From Alphaproteobacteria bacterium (lineage in GTDB: Bacteria; Pseudomonadota; Alphaproteobacteria; Bin95), in contig CBDBGH010000001.1 in assembly GCA_965205265.1 (NCBI GenBank), positions 32,001 to 96,000 on the forward strand: a stretch of 64,000 bases of DNA. Direction: 5' to 3'. Positions within the stretch are counted from its first letter, which is position 1, and every line of letters begins with the position of its first letter. This document shows positions 10,717 through 21,167 of this stretch, piece after piece. The position numbers and the translations under genes were made by a program. The notes under the pieces are model-generated. The model was not told where the DNA came from. It did not search any database and saw only the letters and a list, made by a program, of their open reading frames with translations.

Positions 10717-11538
10717 GCAATACGACGCTGCTTGGCCGCCTTAGCAGAGGCTATTACGAGTTCAGCGTGCCCGAACGGCGTGTTGCCGATTTCGTGCTCG
10801 AGGATCCTTCGAGCATTCCGCGCAAGAACCTTGCAACGATCACCGAGGGCGCAGGAGTCATCGAGCCGACGGTTCTGCGCTTTTGCTGCTCGATCGGCTT
10901 AGATGGTTACGCTCATTGCAAGGTCGAACTCGCTGCGGCACTTACCGCTAGCGGAGCCGCCTGCGTTCATCGCGACGTGTCCATTGATGATGACAAAGCC
11001 ACCGTTCGGACAAAGCTGACCCAGTCGTCGGTCAATGCCTTGACACGCCTGCAGGAGTCCATCGACGACGCAGCAGCCACCGAGGCTGTTGATCGCATTT
11101 CTGATGCACTGCGCGTTCAGCTGTTTGCAGTCAGGCCTCGGCGGTGTACTCGCCCTCGATGCCCAACGGAAGTTCATGCGCCGGGACTTAGTCTGCGAAT
11201 CCCAGCACGACGCCCAATTGCAAACCATGGCGTCAGTAACGCTTGGGCCCGGAGACGTCGTGCAGGCTCTTTCCTACAACGGGCGAATAAAGGACGTCCT
11301 ACGCACGGTGACGACCGCACGCGAGTCCAGTGCTTTCGTCATTGCAGTCGCGCTGCCCGGATCACCCGCCACGAAAGCACCCGATCTAGTGATCGCGGTC
11401 GATCCACCCGAAGACATCTTTTTATATGCACTGATGACATCGCACTTGTCTCAACTGGTCGCAATCGACCGTTTGACGACGTTCGTGGCGGTGCGCCGAG
11501 GACCAGCCATCGTTCCCAGGCTCGAGCGCATCAAGTAA
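10701..11538 (+). pseudogene. RpiR/MurR-family regulator (HTH + SIS), frameshifted near 11133
   Basis: PERRVADFVLEDP..GVIEPTVLRFC; the SIS half ALDAQRKF..GDVVQALSYNG is in another frame. Confidence 0.8.
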
Positions 11539-11645
11539 TCCCTGAGCGATCAGTGGATCGCGGAGCGTGGCCATTCGAGGCAGCGACCTCGATCGGAATC
11601 ACCCGCGAACGAAGGACCTTCTGATAGGTCACAATGGAGGAAATC

Positions 11646-12926
11646 ATGAGACTAGTATCGCTAACACTCTCTGTCGCCGCCGGGATATTGGCCCTTTCGC
11701 CCAACGATTCGGCTACTGCCCAGGACAAGCCGGAGAAGCTCACCATCATTTCACACCGTGTGCACCAGACGGTCGCGACCGGTGCCCAGGGCGGCGACAT
11801 TACAGCGGCCTGGCGTGAGGCGAACGGTGTCGACGTGGAGTGGGTGACGCTGGGAACAGGGCCACTCCATGAGCGGCTGTTCCGCGAGCTCGAACTTCCT
11901 GAGACGAGCATCGACATCGCGTTTCTCTTGAACACCCGAGCCGTGGCGAGCGTAACGTCGGCGCTGGAGCCCCTGAATGCACATCAGGCTGCAAACCCGA
12001 TCGAGAACATTGACGACGTTTTCCCGGGACTGAGGGCAGCCATGACATTCGGCGGCACGATGTTTGGCGTGCCCTTCCGCCATGCGTCGAGTTGCTTCCA
12101 CTACAACAAGCGCATCCTCGAAGAGCGTGGAATCGATGTTCCCACGACGATCGAGGAATTCGCTGAAGCGGCGCGCGCCGCGACCTACGAGGTAGATGGC
12201 AGCAAGGTGCATGGTTTTGTCATTAACGGTCAGGGATATGCCAACGTCGTCGACCTAGCGCGAGCCTGGGACGGTGACTTCGTCACCCTCGACTACAAGG
12301 TCAAGACGACAGACACCGGCATGATGAATGCCGCCAACCTATTGCGATCGTTCTACGAAAAGGGCGTTTTGCCCAAGAACTGGGCGGCGATCTCCAACGA
12401 AGAGAACAATACGTGGATGCAGACCGGTCGATCGGCCATGACGATCACTTCGTGCGGGCGCAACCGCCTGTACAACGATCCCGAGAAATCGCAGGAGACC
12501 GGCAACATCGTCACAGTTGCGCTGCCCGTCAGCGAGGACTTCCTGGGCGCCTTCGACGTGGCTCCCGCCAAGGTCGAGTTCTGGACGATTGTTATCCCGA
12601 AAAACTCGCGAAACAAGGAGTTCGCCTGGGATTTGGTCAAGACGATGCTCTCGGAAGAAAGCACGTTGATGGCCGCTTTGAACGGTAACGGTCCGGTGCG
12701 AGCATCGACGTATGATCGGCCGGAGATGAAGGACAAGCTCTCCTACGCTGATGAGGAAAAGGCGGTCCTGCTCGTAGGGCGCGTTCCGTTGCCACCGTTC
12801 GAGAATTCCGCTCGCGCCACGGATGTCTTCGTCGAAGAGATCCAGGCCGCTGTTCTGGGTCTGAAGCCTGTCGACGAGGCGATGGCGGAGATTGACAGGC
12901 GCGTAACGCCGTTGCTGCCGCAGTAG
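11646..12926 (+). CDS. ABC transporter substrate-binding protein (CUT1 type)
   Basis: RBS GGAGG, signal peptide, FHYNKRILEERGI.VPTTIEEF, first gene of an ABC cluster. Confidence 0.9.
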   Translation: MRLVSLTLSVAAGILALSPNDSATAQDKPEKLTIISHRVHQTVATGAQGGDITAAWREANGVDVEWVTLGTGPLHERLFRELELPETSIDIAFLLNTRAVASVTSALEPLNAHQAANPIENIDDVFPGLRAAMTFGGTMFGVPFRHASSCFHYNKRILEERGIDVPTTIEEFAEAARAATYEVDGSKVHGFVINGQGYANVVDLARAWDGDFVTLDYKVKTTDTGMMNAANLLRSFYEKGVLPKNWAAISNEENNTWMQTGRSAMTITSCGRNRLYNDPEKSQETGNIVTVALPVSEDFLGAFDVAPAKVEFWTIVIPKNSRNKEFAWDLVKTMLSEESTLMAALNGNGPVRASTYDRPEMKDKLSYADEEKAVLLVGRVPLPPFENSARATDVFVEEIQAAVLGLKPVDEAMAEIDRRVTPLLPQ

Positions 12927-13010
12927 ATCGAAATGGGCTGCGGGGTGGCGACCGCGCCATCCCGCGGCGTTGCCAAACTAGATTCAGCCTAACCGAAGGA
13001 ACGATCGCCG

Positions 13011-13880
13011 ATGCGACTCAGCCTGGTTCACGTTCTCCTCGTGGCGCCGGTGCTCTTGCTGTTGATCCTCGTGATCGGCGTACCTTCTATTTACGTGCTG
13101 TGGCTCAGTCTGCAGAAGACCGCCTTCGGTCAGGAGCCGCAGTTTGTCGGCCTCGCCAACTATTACAGCGTTCTGTCCGACCGCTATTTCTGGCGGGCAT
13201 TTCTCAACACGTTCGTTGTCGTCAACATCGTTGTCTATGTGGAGATTACCGCCGCCATCGGCATGGCGTCATTGTTCGCCAGCGGCGCGCCTTTCCGGCG
13301 CATGATGATCTCGCTGGTCATCGCGCCCTACGCGGCCAGTGAGGTCGTGGCGGTCGTGATCTGGAAGTACATGTTCGAACCTGACATTGGACTCGTGTCG
13401 GCCCTGATGACATTCCTCGGTTTGCCAGAATTGACCTGGACCACCGATCGGTGGGCGGCACTCGGGCTAGTGGCGTTGCTCAGTATATGGATGAATCTGC
13501 CGTTCAGTTTCCTGATACTTTACTCCGCGAGATTAGGCTTGCCGAAAGAACTGTACGAGGCTGCCACCATCGACGGCGCAACACCCTGGGATCATTTTCG
13601 GCGCATAACCCTGCCGCTGCTCATGCCGGCGATACTGGTCGCCCTGTTGTTTCGCTATGTATTTGCGTTTCGATTGTTCGCAGAGGTTTGGCTTCTGACG
13701 GGAGGCGGCCCAGCGCGACAGACGGAAGTGCTTGCCATCTACCTGTACCGCCACGCCTTCAGCTACCAGGAGTTTGGCGTCGCCTCGGCCATCGGCTGGC
13801 TGATGGTGATCGGAACGCTGCTGATCGCGTCGGGCTATCTGCGCACCATGTACAAACGGATGCTTACCAGCGATGCGTAA
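13011..13880 (+). CDS. Carbohydrate ABC permease
   Basis: FVGLANY; LYEAATIDGA..FRRITLPLL EAA motif. Confidence 0.92.
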   Translation: MRLSLVHVLLVAPVLLLLILVIGVPSIYVLWLSLQKTAFGQEPQFVGLANYYSVLSDRYFWRAFLNTFVVVNIVVYVEITAAIGMASLFASGAPFRRMMISLVIAPYAASEVVAVVIWKYMFEPDIGLVSALMTFLGLPELTWTTDRWAALGLVALLSIWMNLPFSFLILYSARLGLPKELYEAATIDGATPWDHFRRITLPLLMPAILVALLFRYVFAFRLFAEVWLLTGGGPARQTEVLAIYLYRHAFSYQEFGVASAIGWLMVIGTLLIASGYLRTMYKRMLTSDA

Positions 13881-14706
13881 CCGCAATTCCGCTCTCCGGT
13901 TGCTGAAGGGATTGGCCTATCTGGCGATAGCCCTTTGGTCGGGTGCACCGATTGCACTCCTGGTGCTCTCGTCGCTCAAGCCGCCACGTGACATACTCTC
14001 TTTTCCGCCGACCATCATCTTTACGCCCACACTCGACAATTACCGAGCATTGATTTCCCGCTGGCCGGGATTCTTCGACGCAATGTGGAACAGCTTGATC
14101 ATTACGGTCGGCGCGACCGTCGTCACGGTCATCACGACGACGATGGCCGGCTACGTCTACGCCCGCGTGCGCACCCGGGCCACGGCCATCTCGTCGTTCT
14201 TCATGATCCTCATCCGCATGATCCCGCCGATCGTCATCTCGCTACCGCTCTTTCCGTTGGTCAACATTTTGAGGCTGTCTGACACGCACATCGTCCTCAT
14301 TATCCTCTACGCGACATTCTTCGTCTCACTGAACACGTGGATAATGAAAGCGTTCATCGACCAGATACCGTTGGAGTTGGAAGAGGCGGCGACAGCAGAC
14401 GGTGCAACGCTGCGCCAAGTCCTGCGCCACATCATCGTACCGCTCTCTGCTCAGGGCATGATCGCAGCCTCGACATTCGTTCTCATCTTCTCGTGGAACG
14501 AGTTCCTGTTCGCTTTCATTTTCACGACCACGAACGCCAAGACCGCTCCGATCGTAATCAGCGAGATGGTTGGTGCCATCGACGGCGTCGACTGGGGCAT
14601 TCTGTTCGCGGCGGCGACAGTTCAGCTCGTGCCGATCCTGGTCTTCGTGATAGCTGTGCAGAAATACGTAATCGCCGGCCTCACGGCCGGATCGCTGAAA
14701 GGTTGA
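13873..14706 (+). CDS. Carbohydrate ABC permease
   Basis: IPLELEEAATADGA, FSWNEFLFA, GLTAGSLKG. Confidence 0.92.
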   Translation: MRNRNSALRLLKGLAYLAIALWSGAPIALLVLSSLKPPRDILSFPPTIIFTPTLDNYRALISRWPGFFDAMWNSLIITVGATVVTVITTTMAGYVYARVRTRATAISSFFMILIRMIPPIVISLPLFPLVNILRLSDTHIVLIILYATFFVSLNTWIMKAFIDQIPLELEEAATADGATLRQVLRHIIVPLSAQGMIAASTFVLIFSWNEFLFAFIFTTTNAKTAPIVISEMVGAIDGVDWGILFAAATVQLVPILVFVIAVQKYVIAGLTAGSLKG

Positions 14707-14722
14707 ATAAGGGAGACACGCG

Positions 14723-15580
14723 TTGAATGATTTCCAGATGGCGCTTTTGCGAGCGGATCCGAAGTTATCACGATTCAGCCCGTTGCAACGGATCATATAT
14801 TTTGACGACTTCGACACCGGTTACAACGGGTGGACGGCCCTTATCGGTAATTATGAGGATGATATCGGCAATATGCACCCTGGGTATAGGCAGCTGACAT
14901 TGCCGATGCTCTCCAATCTATCGTTCTGGGACGCCGGTGCGCATGGCAGTTTTGACGGTAGCTATGCTCTCAAGATCGCAAGCCGGGCCAGGGCCGGTAC
15001 GCAAAACGTGGCGATCAAGCGCATCACCTTCATCAAACCCTGCCCGATCCAGATCGAGTTCTTCTTCACTTTTAAACCTGAGGCAAGCGCTGCGCAGTTG
15101 CTCGATACCGACCTGCGTTCGGTTGGGATTCTTCTGGACCTGCAAGATGACCGACATCGGGTCATGCCCCACCTGCGATACCTCAACGCCTATGAGGGAG
15201 AACGCGTCGAGCGCTGGCAGTTTAAGGAGAAGCGGGTTCCGGTGAAACGCTTCAGCGACAAAACCGTCACCCACTATCACCTAGCGGACCGGGACTGGAA
15301 GCATCTGGGATCCGAACGCCAGGTACTCTGCTACAACGAGATTCCGACCAAGGTGAACTGGCAGTATGCGCGGCTGAAGTTCGACCTGCGCACGATGCGC
15401 TATCTTGAGTTCCAATGTAACGACGTGAGCTACGATGTCGGCGATCTCGGTTCGCTAACTCTCCCCGCCATGCCGAACTTGCGAGGGATGTTCAACGTCG
15501 CCTTCTTTGTAGAGAGCGACGCGGACCGCCGCTCCAGCCTCTATGTGGATTCAGTTCTGGTTTCGGGAGATTGGGAATAA
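14723..15580 (+). CDS. Conserved hypothetical protein (probably DUF6772-like)
   Basis: 285-aa clean ORF, RBS GGGAG, inside the operon; family name from recall only. Confidence 0.7.
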   Translation: MNDFQMALLRADPKLSRFSPLQRIIYFDDFDTGYNGWTALIGNYEDDIGNMHPGYRQLTLPMLSNLSFWDAGAHGSFDGSYALKIASRARAGTQNVAIKRITFIKPCPIQIEFFFTFKPEASAAQLLDTDLRSVGILLDLQDDRHRVMPHLRYLNAYEGERVERWQFKEKRVPVKRFSDKTVTHYHLADRDWKHLGSERQVLCYNEIPTKVNWQYARLKFDLRTMRYLEFQCNDVSYDVGDLGSLTLPAMPNLRGMFNVAFFVESDADRRSSLYVDSVLVSGDWE

Positions 15581-15912
15581 TGCCCGCGCTTCGAGAAAGC
15601 TATACGGCGGTCGTGGCACGCGCCGAGACAATCACCAATGGATACGCGACGGAAGCTTACGAGGCCGGTTGGGCCAAGGAAGCTGTCGTGTTCGCCCAGA
15701 ATGTCGAGGTCGGTGCCGCCACCGTACTGCACGTGCAGATCTCGGCCGATGGGATGAACTGGCTGGATGAGGGAAGTCGCCTCGAGATCGCGGCCGACGC
15801 GTCGGGAGAGTTTGCACGCGTCAGTCATTTCGGAAACTGGCTGCGGTTGCGTGCCGAGGTGCCGGACAATGGCAAAAGGCGCCTGACCCTAACGGTTCAT
15901 TTTAAAGCGTAA
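15580..15912 (+). CDS. Small hypothetical beta-rich protein (probably DUF6385-like)
   Basis: TAATG coupling to the previous gene; ATEAYEAGWA, VQISADGMNWLDEG, VSHFGNWLRL. Confidence 0.7.
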   Translation: MPALRESYTAVVARAETITNGYATEAYEAGWAKEAVVFAQNVEVGAATVLHVQISADGMNWLDEGSRLEIAADASGEFARVSHFGNWLRLRAEVPDNGKRRLTLTVHFKA

Positions 15913-15953
15913 GCGTCTTGCGGGATCGGAGCGGCGAAGGGAACAAGTAAACA

Positions 15954-17006
15954 ATGGCGTCAGTCGATATTGTAGATGTCCACAAATCCTTCGGGCAAGT
16001 CAAAGTCCTGCGGGGAATCAGCTTGAGCATCGCCGATGGGGAATTCGTCGTTCTGGTCGGTCCCTCAGGCTGCGGAAAGTCGACGCTCCTGCGCATGCTG
16101 GCAGGGCTCGAAGATATTGCCGCCGGCAAGGTCAGAATAGGCAACCGCGTGGTCAACGAATTGCGCCCCAAGGAGCGCGACGTCGCCATGGTGTTCCAGA
16201 ACTATGCGCTCTACCCACACATGACCGTGGCCGCCAACATGGGCTTTTCGCTGATGTTGCAAAAGATCGAGCAATCGGTGGTCGACACGCGCGTCAAGGG
16301 TGCGGCCGAGATCCTCGGCCTGTCGCCGTTTCTGGATCGCTATCCTCGCCAGCTGTCTGGCGGCCAGCGCCAGCGCGTCGCCATGGGTCGGGCGATCGTG
16401 CGCAACCCGCAGGTATTTCTGTTCGACGAGCCGCTCTCGAACCTGGATGCCAAGCTGCGCGTTGCCATGCGTACCGAGATCAAGGAATTGCACCAGCGCC
16501 TCAAGACCACGACCATCTACGTCACCCACGATCAGATCGAGGCGATGACCATGGCCGACAGGATCGTAGTGATGAACGACGGCGTGGTCGAACAGATCGG
16601 TGCGCCGTTGCAGCTTTACGACGATCCTAGCAATATGTTCGTTGCCGACTTTATCGGGTCCCCTGCCACCAATTTCATCGACGGTCGGCTGGGCGCCGAT
16701 GGCGTCGTCACCGAGGACGGCATCACGCTACCGGTGCGCAATATCAGGGGATCAGGTGGGGGTCGACCGGTGCATTACGGCATACGACCCGAGCATCTGG
16801 AGTTATCGGACAAAGGCCTGGATGCCGAGGTCGTCGTGGTAGAGCCGACCGGGGCCGATACGCTGTTGTTCGCTAGGGTCGGCAATCGCCAACTGGTTGC
16901 CGTGTTTCATGAGCGCCACAGCCTTCACCCTGGACAAAAGGTGAAGCTCTTCCCGCGTCCCGACGCCGCCATGGTCTTCGACCAAGAAACCGGTCGACGC
17001 CTGTAG
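15954..17006 (+). CDS. ABC ATP-binding protein (UgpC/MalK type)
   Basis: GPSGCGKS, LSGGQRQR, FLFDEPLSNLD, YVTHDQ. Confidence 0.95.
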   Translation: MASVDIVDVHKSFGQVKVLRGISLSIADGEFVVLVGPSGCGKSTLLRMLAGLEDIAAGKVRIGNRVVNELRPKERDVAMVFQNYALYPHMTVAANMGFSLMLQKIEQSVVDTRVKGAAEILGLSPFLDRYPRQLSGGQRQRVAMGRAIVRNPQVFLFDEPLSNLDAKLRVAMRTEIKELHQRLKTTTIYVTHDQIEAMTMADRIVVMNDGVVEQIGAPLQLYDDPSNMFVADFIGSPATNFIDGRLGADGVVTEDGITLPVRNIRGSGGGRPVHYGIRPEHLELSDKGLDAEVVVVEPTGADTLLFARVGNRQLVAVFHERHSLHPGQKVKLFPRPDAAMVFDQETGRRL

Positions 17007-17055
17007 CATGACGTGCATCTTCGAACATTCCAGACGCACCCCGGGGGAGTCCTAA

Positions 17056-18429
17056 AATCCTAATAGGCCGAACATACTGTGGTTCACCACCGACCAGCAG
17101 CGGTTCGATACCATCGGTGCGCTCGGCCACTCCGCGGTGTCGACCCCAACGCTGGACAGGTTGGTCGCGGGCGGCTTCGTTTTCACCCACGCCTTCTGCC
17201 AGTCGCCGGTATGCACGCCGAGCCGTGCGAGTTTCATTGCAGGGATGTACCCTAGTAGCATACGGATGAACCGCAACGGCAACGGAGCATTTCCATCCTC
17301 GCCACCGCTTGTCACGAAACTGGTTGCCGACGCGGGCTATGTCTGTGGCAATGTCGGTAGGCTTCACTTGGCCAGCGCTTGGAACGGCTCCGAGGCGCGC
17401 ACCGATGACGGTTACAGCTATTTTGCCTACAGCCACAAACCGAGCCAGCACGGGGGCTACGACTATGCCGCCTGGATCAAGAGCCGCGGAGGTTTGCTTG
17501 ACGCCCTAACTTCAAGTGCAGGCGGCGTTCCGTCACGTTTGCACCAGACGACATGGTGCGTCGGTCGCGCCATTGAGTTCATCGATCGGAACCGGGATCG
17601 CCCGTGGATGCTGACGGTCAACCCGTTCGACCCGCACCCGCCGTTCGATCCGCCAGCAGACTACGTCGACATGTTCGACGCGGACGCCATGCCTAGGCCG
17701 CACATCCGGGAAACCGACCTGGACGCGCAGGCAAAGCTCGCCCGATCGATTTCGGGACGGAGGCCCGGCGGCCGGACAGCGGCAGCAATGCGCTCGGACT
17801 GCACGAAGACTGAGGCGGCTGCAGGCTACCTACTACGCCATGATTCGGTTGATCGACGACCCGACCGGCTTCTAGGCCATCTGAAGGCGGCGAGTCTGGC
17901 GAAGACCACGCTCGTGATCTTCACCAGCGATCACGGCCTCTTGCTGAAAGGTTGCCACTTCTACGAGGGCCTCGCCCGAGTAACGCTTGTCCTTTGTGGG
18001 CCCGGCGTCGTCAGTGCCGGACACCGAAGCGATGCGCATGTCAAACTCACCGATCTCGCACCGACCATCCTCGAACATTGTGGCGTCAAGATTACGTCGG
18101 CAAAGCATGGCCGCAGTCTCGCGCCGATCATGCGCGGAGACACCGATCCATCGGTTCATCGCGACCATGTGCGCTGCGAGTATTTCGACGCGGTCGATAT
18201 GCCGGACAAAACGTCGGCAACCATGTTCCGGAACGCGCGATACAAGCTAGTTGTCTATCACAACCACGATCTCGGCGAACTCTTCGACCTCTCGCGCGAC
18301 CCGTGGGAGTTCCACAATCTGTGGGATTCGGCCGATCACCATTCCATCAAGTCGGACCTGATCCGGCGGAGTTTCAACAGCACGGTCGCGGCTTTCGACA
18401 AAGGGCCAGACAGGATCGCACCCTGGTGA
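17056..18429 (+). pseudogene. Sulfatase, decayed
   Basis: RPNILWFTTDQQRFD and CTPSR signature; in-frame stop just upstream; the YYAMIRLID segment lies in a different frame (compensating shifts near 17750-17870); SDHG..DHG segment shortened. Confidence 0.8.
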
Positions 18430-18442
18430 GGTTCCTGCAGAG

Positions 18443-18752
18443 ATGCCTATCGAGACCCGTTCCAACATCATTGAATTCTCTACCGGTCAGCACCGCGCTG
18501 ACTTCCTGTGTGTCTCGGGCAAGTCGGTCAGCGCACCGCATATCGACCGGCTGACCTGCGAGCGGACACGTTTCACCGCCCGCATCACCGCAAGCCCAGC
18601 CTATCGGCCGTCACGGGCATCGCTTATGATGGGCATGCCGCCCCTTTCCCATGGTATCCGCGACAGCGGCATCGACCCGCACATGTCGAAACACGGATTT
18701 GCTGCACTGTTGGCCGATGCCTGCAACCAAACAGTCTTTGTCGGTGGCGCGG
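18443..18752 (+). pseudogene. Second sulfatase, 5' fragment
   Basis: SNIIEFSTGQHRAD..APHIDRL..PAYRPSRASLMMG (catalytic Cys lost), truncated. Confidence 0.7.
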
Positions 18753-19790
18753 TCAAATCAAAGCGACAAGCCCTTCAGGGGTGATGTCCTGTGCCAAATG
18801 CATCAAGACATCCCCCGGCGCCGCTCGTACGGGAATACGCCGGCACAGCACCATCCCCGACGCCATCGCACGAACTGGCTCCGACATGCGCTCAAGTCGT
18901 TCCAGATCGTGCAAGTGGCCGACGATGTCCCCGGGTTCCACTTGATCTCCCAATCCTACGGTGGGCGCAAAGGCACCGTGATGTGACGCGCGTACAAAAT
19001 GCTCCGGCTCTACGAGCATCAGGCGGCTGTTCGCGGGTTCACCGGGAAACGGGCCGGTCAAACTGACGGCAGCCAGGCACCGCCTGATCCCATGTCGGGC
19101 GATATCGAGGGTCGTCGGTCTTACGCCTCCACCTCCACCGAGTTCGGTCGCCATGCCGATGACGCCGCGATCCTGGGCCTCAGACACCAGAGTGCCTCGT
19201 CCGACGGGATTGAGAATGAACGCCGCTGCGGGCGCCCCGAAGGCGAGCATTAGATCGCGCACGGCCGCCGCCTGTTCTGGGTTGTTTGGCAAGCGGCCAA
19301 AGGCGCAAGGGTAGTATTCCAGAGACCGGCCGCCGCTGTGCAGATCTACGAGGTAATCCGCGCGCGACAGCAGCAATTCAGAGATCGCCCAAGCGACCAT
19401 TTCGGTGAGCGTTCCATCGGGCCTGCCGGGAAAACTGCGCGCAAGATCGCCGGCGTCGACCGGCGAAAGCCGGCGTCCGGCCCGGGATTCCGCTGGTCTT
19501 GCCATCGGTACGATGATCGCCCGGCCATTGATCATTGCCGGATCGAGGTCGATAGCCAGTTCGCGAAGGATCAGCTGGCCTTCGTATTCATCGCCATGGA
19601 CGCCCCCTGTGAACAGCATAGTCGGACCCTCTCCGCAATTGATTGCGGCGACGGGGATGACGATCTGGCCATAGGCCGAATCCTCGTGCGAATATGGCAC
19701 GGTCAGCGCGCCGAAATGGCGCCCCGCTGTCTCGAGTTCGAGCGCAAGCGTGGCCGGACCGGCGCTGTGGATGATTGTCGGCGTGCTCAT
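18753..19790 (-). CDS. Succinylglutamate desuccinylase/aspartoacylase family deacylase
   Basis: GGVHGDEYEG, DLARSFPG, DLHSGG, TELGGGG. Confidence 0.88.
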   Translation of the reverse strand: MSTPTIIHSAGPATLALELETAGRHFGALTVPYSHEDSAYGQIVIPVAAINCGEGPTMLFTGGVHGDEYEGQLILRELAIDLDPAMINGRAIIVPMARPAESRAGRRLSPVDAGDLARSFPGRPDGTLTEMVAWAISELLLSRADYLVDLHSGGRSLEYYPCAFGRLPNNPEQAAAVRDLMLAFGAPAAAFILNPVGRGTLVSEAQDRGVIGMATELGGGGGVRPTTLDIARHGIRRCLAAVSLTGPFPGEPANSRLMLVEPEHFVRASHHGAFAPTVGLGDQVEPGDIVGHLHDLERLERMSEPVRAMASGMVLCRRIPVRAAPGDVLMHLAQDITPEGLVALI

Positions 19791-20815
19791 TGTGCAGCCT
19801 TTCGATCAAAAACCGCTGCATGGATGAATAGACCGGGCGCTCCGCCCGAATGAAGGAACATGGCTTTGCCGCCGGTTGGAAGTCGGCCATCACGGAGCGC
19901 AATCTGCATTCCGGCAAGTCCTCGTCCTGAGTAGATCGGGTCGAGGACAAGCCCTTCCGTCCTGCCTGCAAGCTCCACCGCCGAGATGCTCGCCCGCGAA
20001 GGCTTTCCGTAACCAGGAAAAACCGCGTCGTCTACGATGTCGAAATCGTGGGGCAAGATGCGTTCGGCCCAGTAAAGCCAGTCGGCCGCCCGGTCGGCAG
20101 TCTTGATGATCCACTCTTTCAGCCGGCCTTCAGGCTGCTGAACACTGATGCCGACCAATCGAGTTGAGACAGCCAGCCGTTTGAAGCCAAGCGCCAGCCC
20201 GGCGAGGGTCAAACCAGAACCGCAAACCACGACCAGCTGATCTGGTATGCCCGGGAGCGACGCAAAATCGTCGAGCAACTCGCCCGCGCCTGCGGCCCAG
20301 GCCGCGATCCCGACATTCGCGCTTACCCCGGTCAGTTGAACGATATGCGGCGCCCGGTCGGCGGCGCGGTACTGCGCTGCGATGGCTTCGAGCTCGGCGG
20401 TAATCGCGGGGTTCCAAGGGTCGGTATGCTCTGAGAAAGTCACCGTGGCCCCAAAAATATGGTCAAGCAGCAAGTTTCCTACAAGCTCAGTTCCCATATT
20501 GGCCCGAAGGTGCAGGTGACATCCGAGCCCCAGCTTCGCGGTAGCACCGGCGAGAGAGCGGCAGAAATTCGATTGGCTTCCGGCTGTCGCAATCACCATG
20601 TCTGCCTGTTTCTGAATGGCTTCAGCCAGGATGAAATCAAGCTGGCGCAGTTTGTTGCCGCCCAATGCGTAGCCAGACTGATCCTCGCGCTTGATCCACA
20701 GGGAATCCAGGTGCAGCGCGTCCGCAAGCCTTGGGGCGGCATCCAAGGGCGTTGGGAGTCGGGTCAATTCAAGGCGGTCCAGCCCCGTTATCCTGTCTGA
20801 AATCGGTTTTGCCAT
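19787..20815 (-). CDS. D-cysteine desulfhydrase/ACC deaminase/cysteate sulfo-lyase family PLP enzyme
   Basis: LPTPL, WIKRED..GGNKLR, QSN, GSGLTLAG, VLDPIYSG, FLHSGG. Confidence 0.88.
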   Translation of the reverse strand: MAKPISDRITGLDRLELTRLPTPLDAAPRLADALHLDSLWIKREDQSGYALGGNKLRQLDFILAEAIQKQADMVIATAGSQSNFCRSLAGATAKLGLGCHLHLRANMGTELVGNLLLDHIFGATVTFSEHTDPWNPAITAELEAIAAQYRAADRAPHIVQLTGVSANVGIAAWAAGAGELLDDFASLPGIPDQLVVVCGSGLTLAGLALGFKRLAVSTRLVGISVQQPEGRLKEWIIKTADRAADWLYWAERILPHDFDIVDDAVFPGYGKPSRASISAVELAGRTEGLVLDPIYSGRGLAGMQIALRDGRLPTGGKAMFLHSGGAPGLFIHAAVFDRKAAQ

Positions 20816-21167
20816 CTCGCTTGCAGTTGTTCCAAAACGTGTCGGACATCTAAGCAAAGGACATCAGCAAATGCCAGTCCGTTCACCGAGCTTCATACCA
20901 CCATTTCGACCGCCGATAGTTTCCGCAGAAATTCAAATGGAATTCGCCGGTGAACCTGCAATAAGCTGAGTGTTGTGGCGGCGACAGTGTTGCACTTCGT
21001 GCGTGCGATCGGATTGACGCTACGATGATCGATGTAGGTACAACAGCCAGGGCGATTCGCTTAGAGCCTTGCGAGATTGAGCGCACCAAGATGGCAAAGG
21101 ACGACAACTCGGATTCACGAGTGACCAAGAACGCCGCCCGCAGAACTGCGCACGGTGGAATTGCGAT

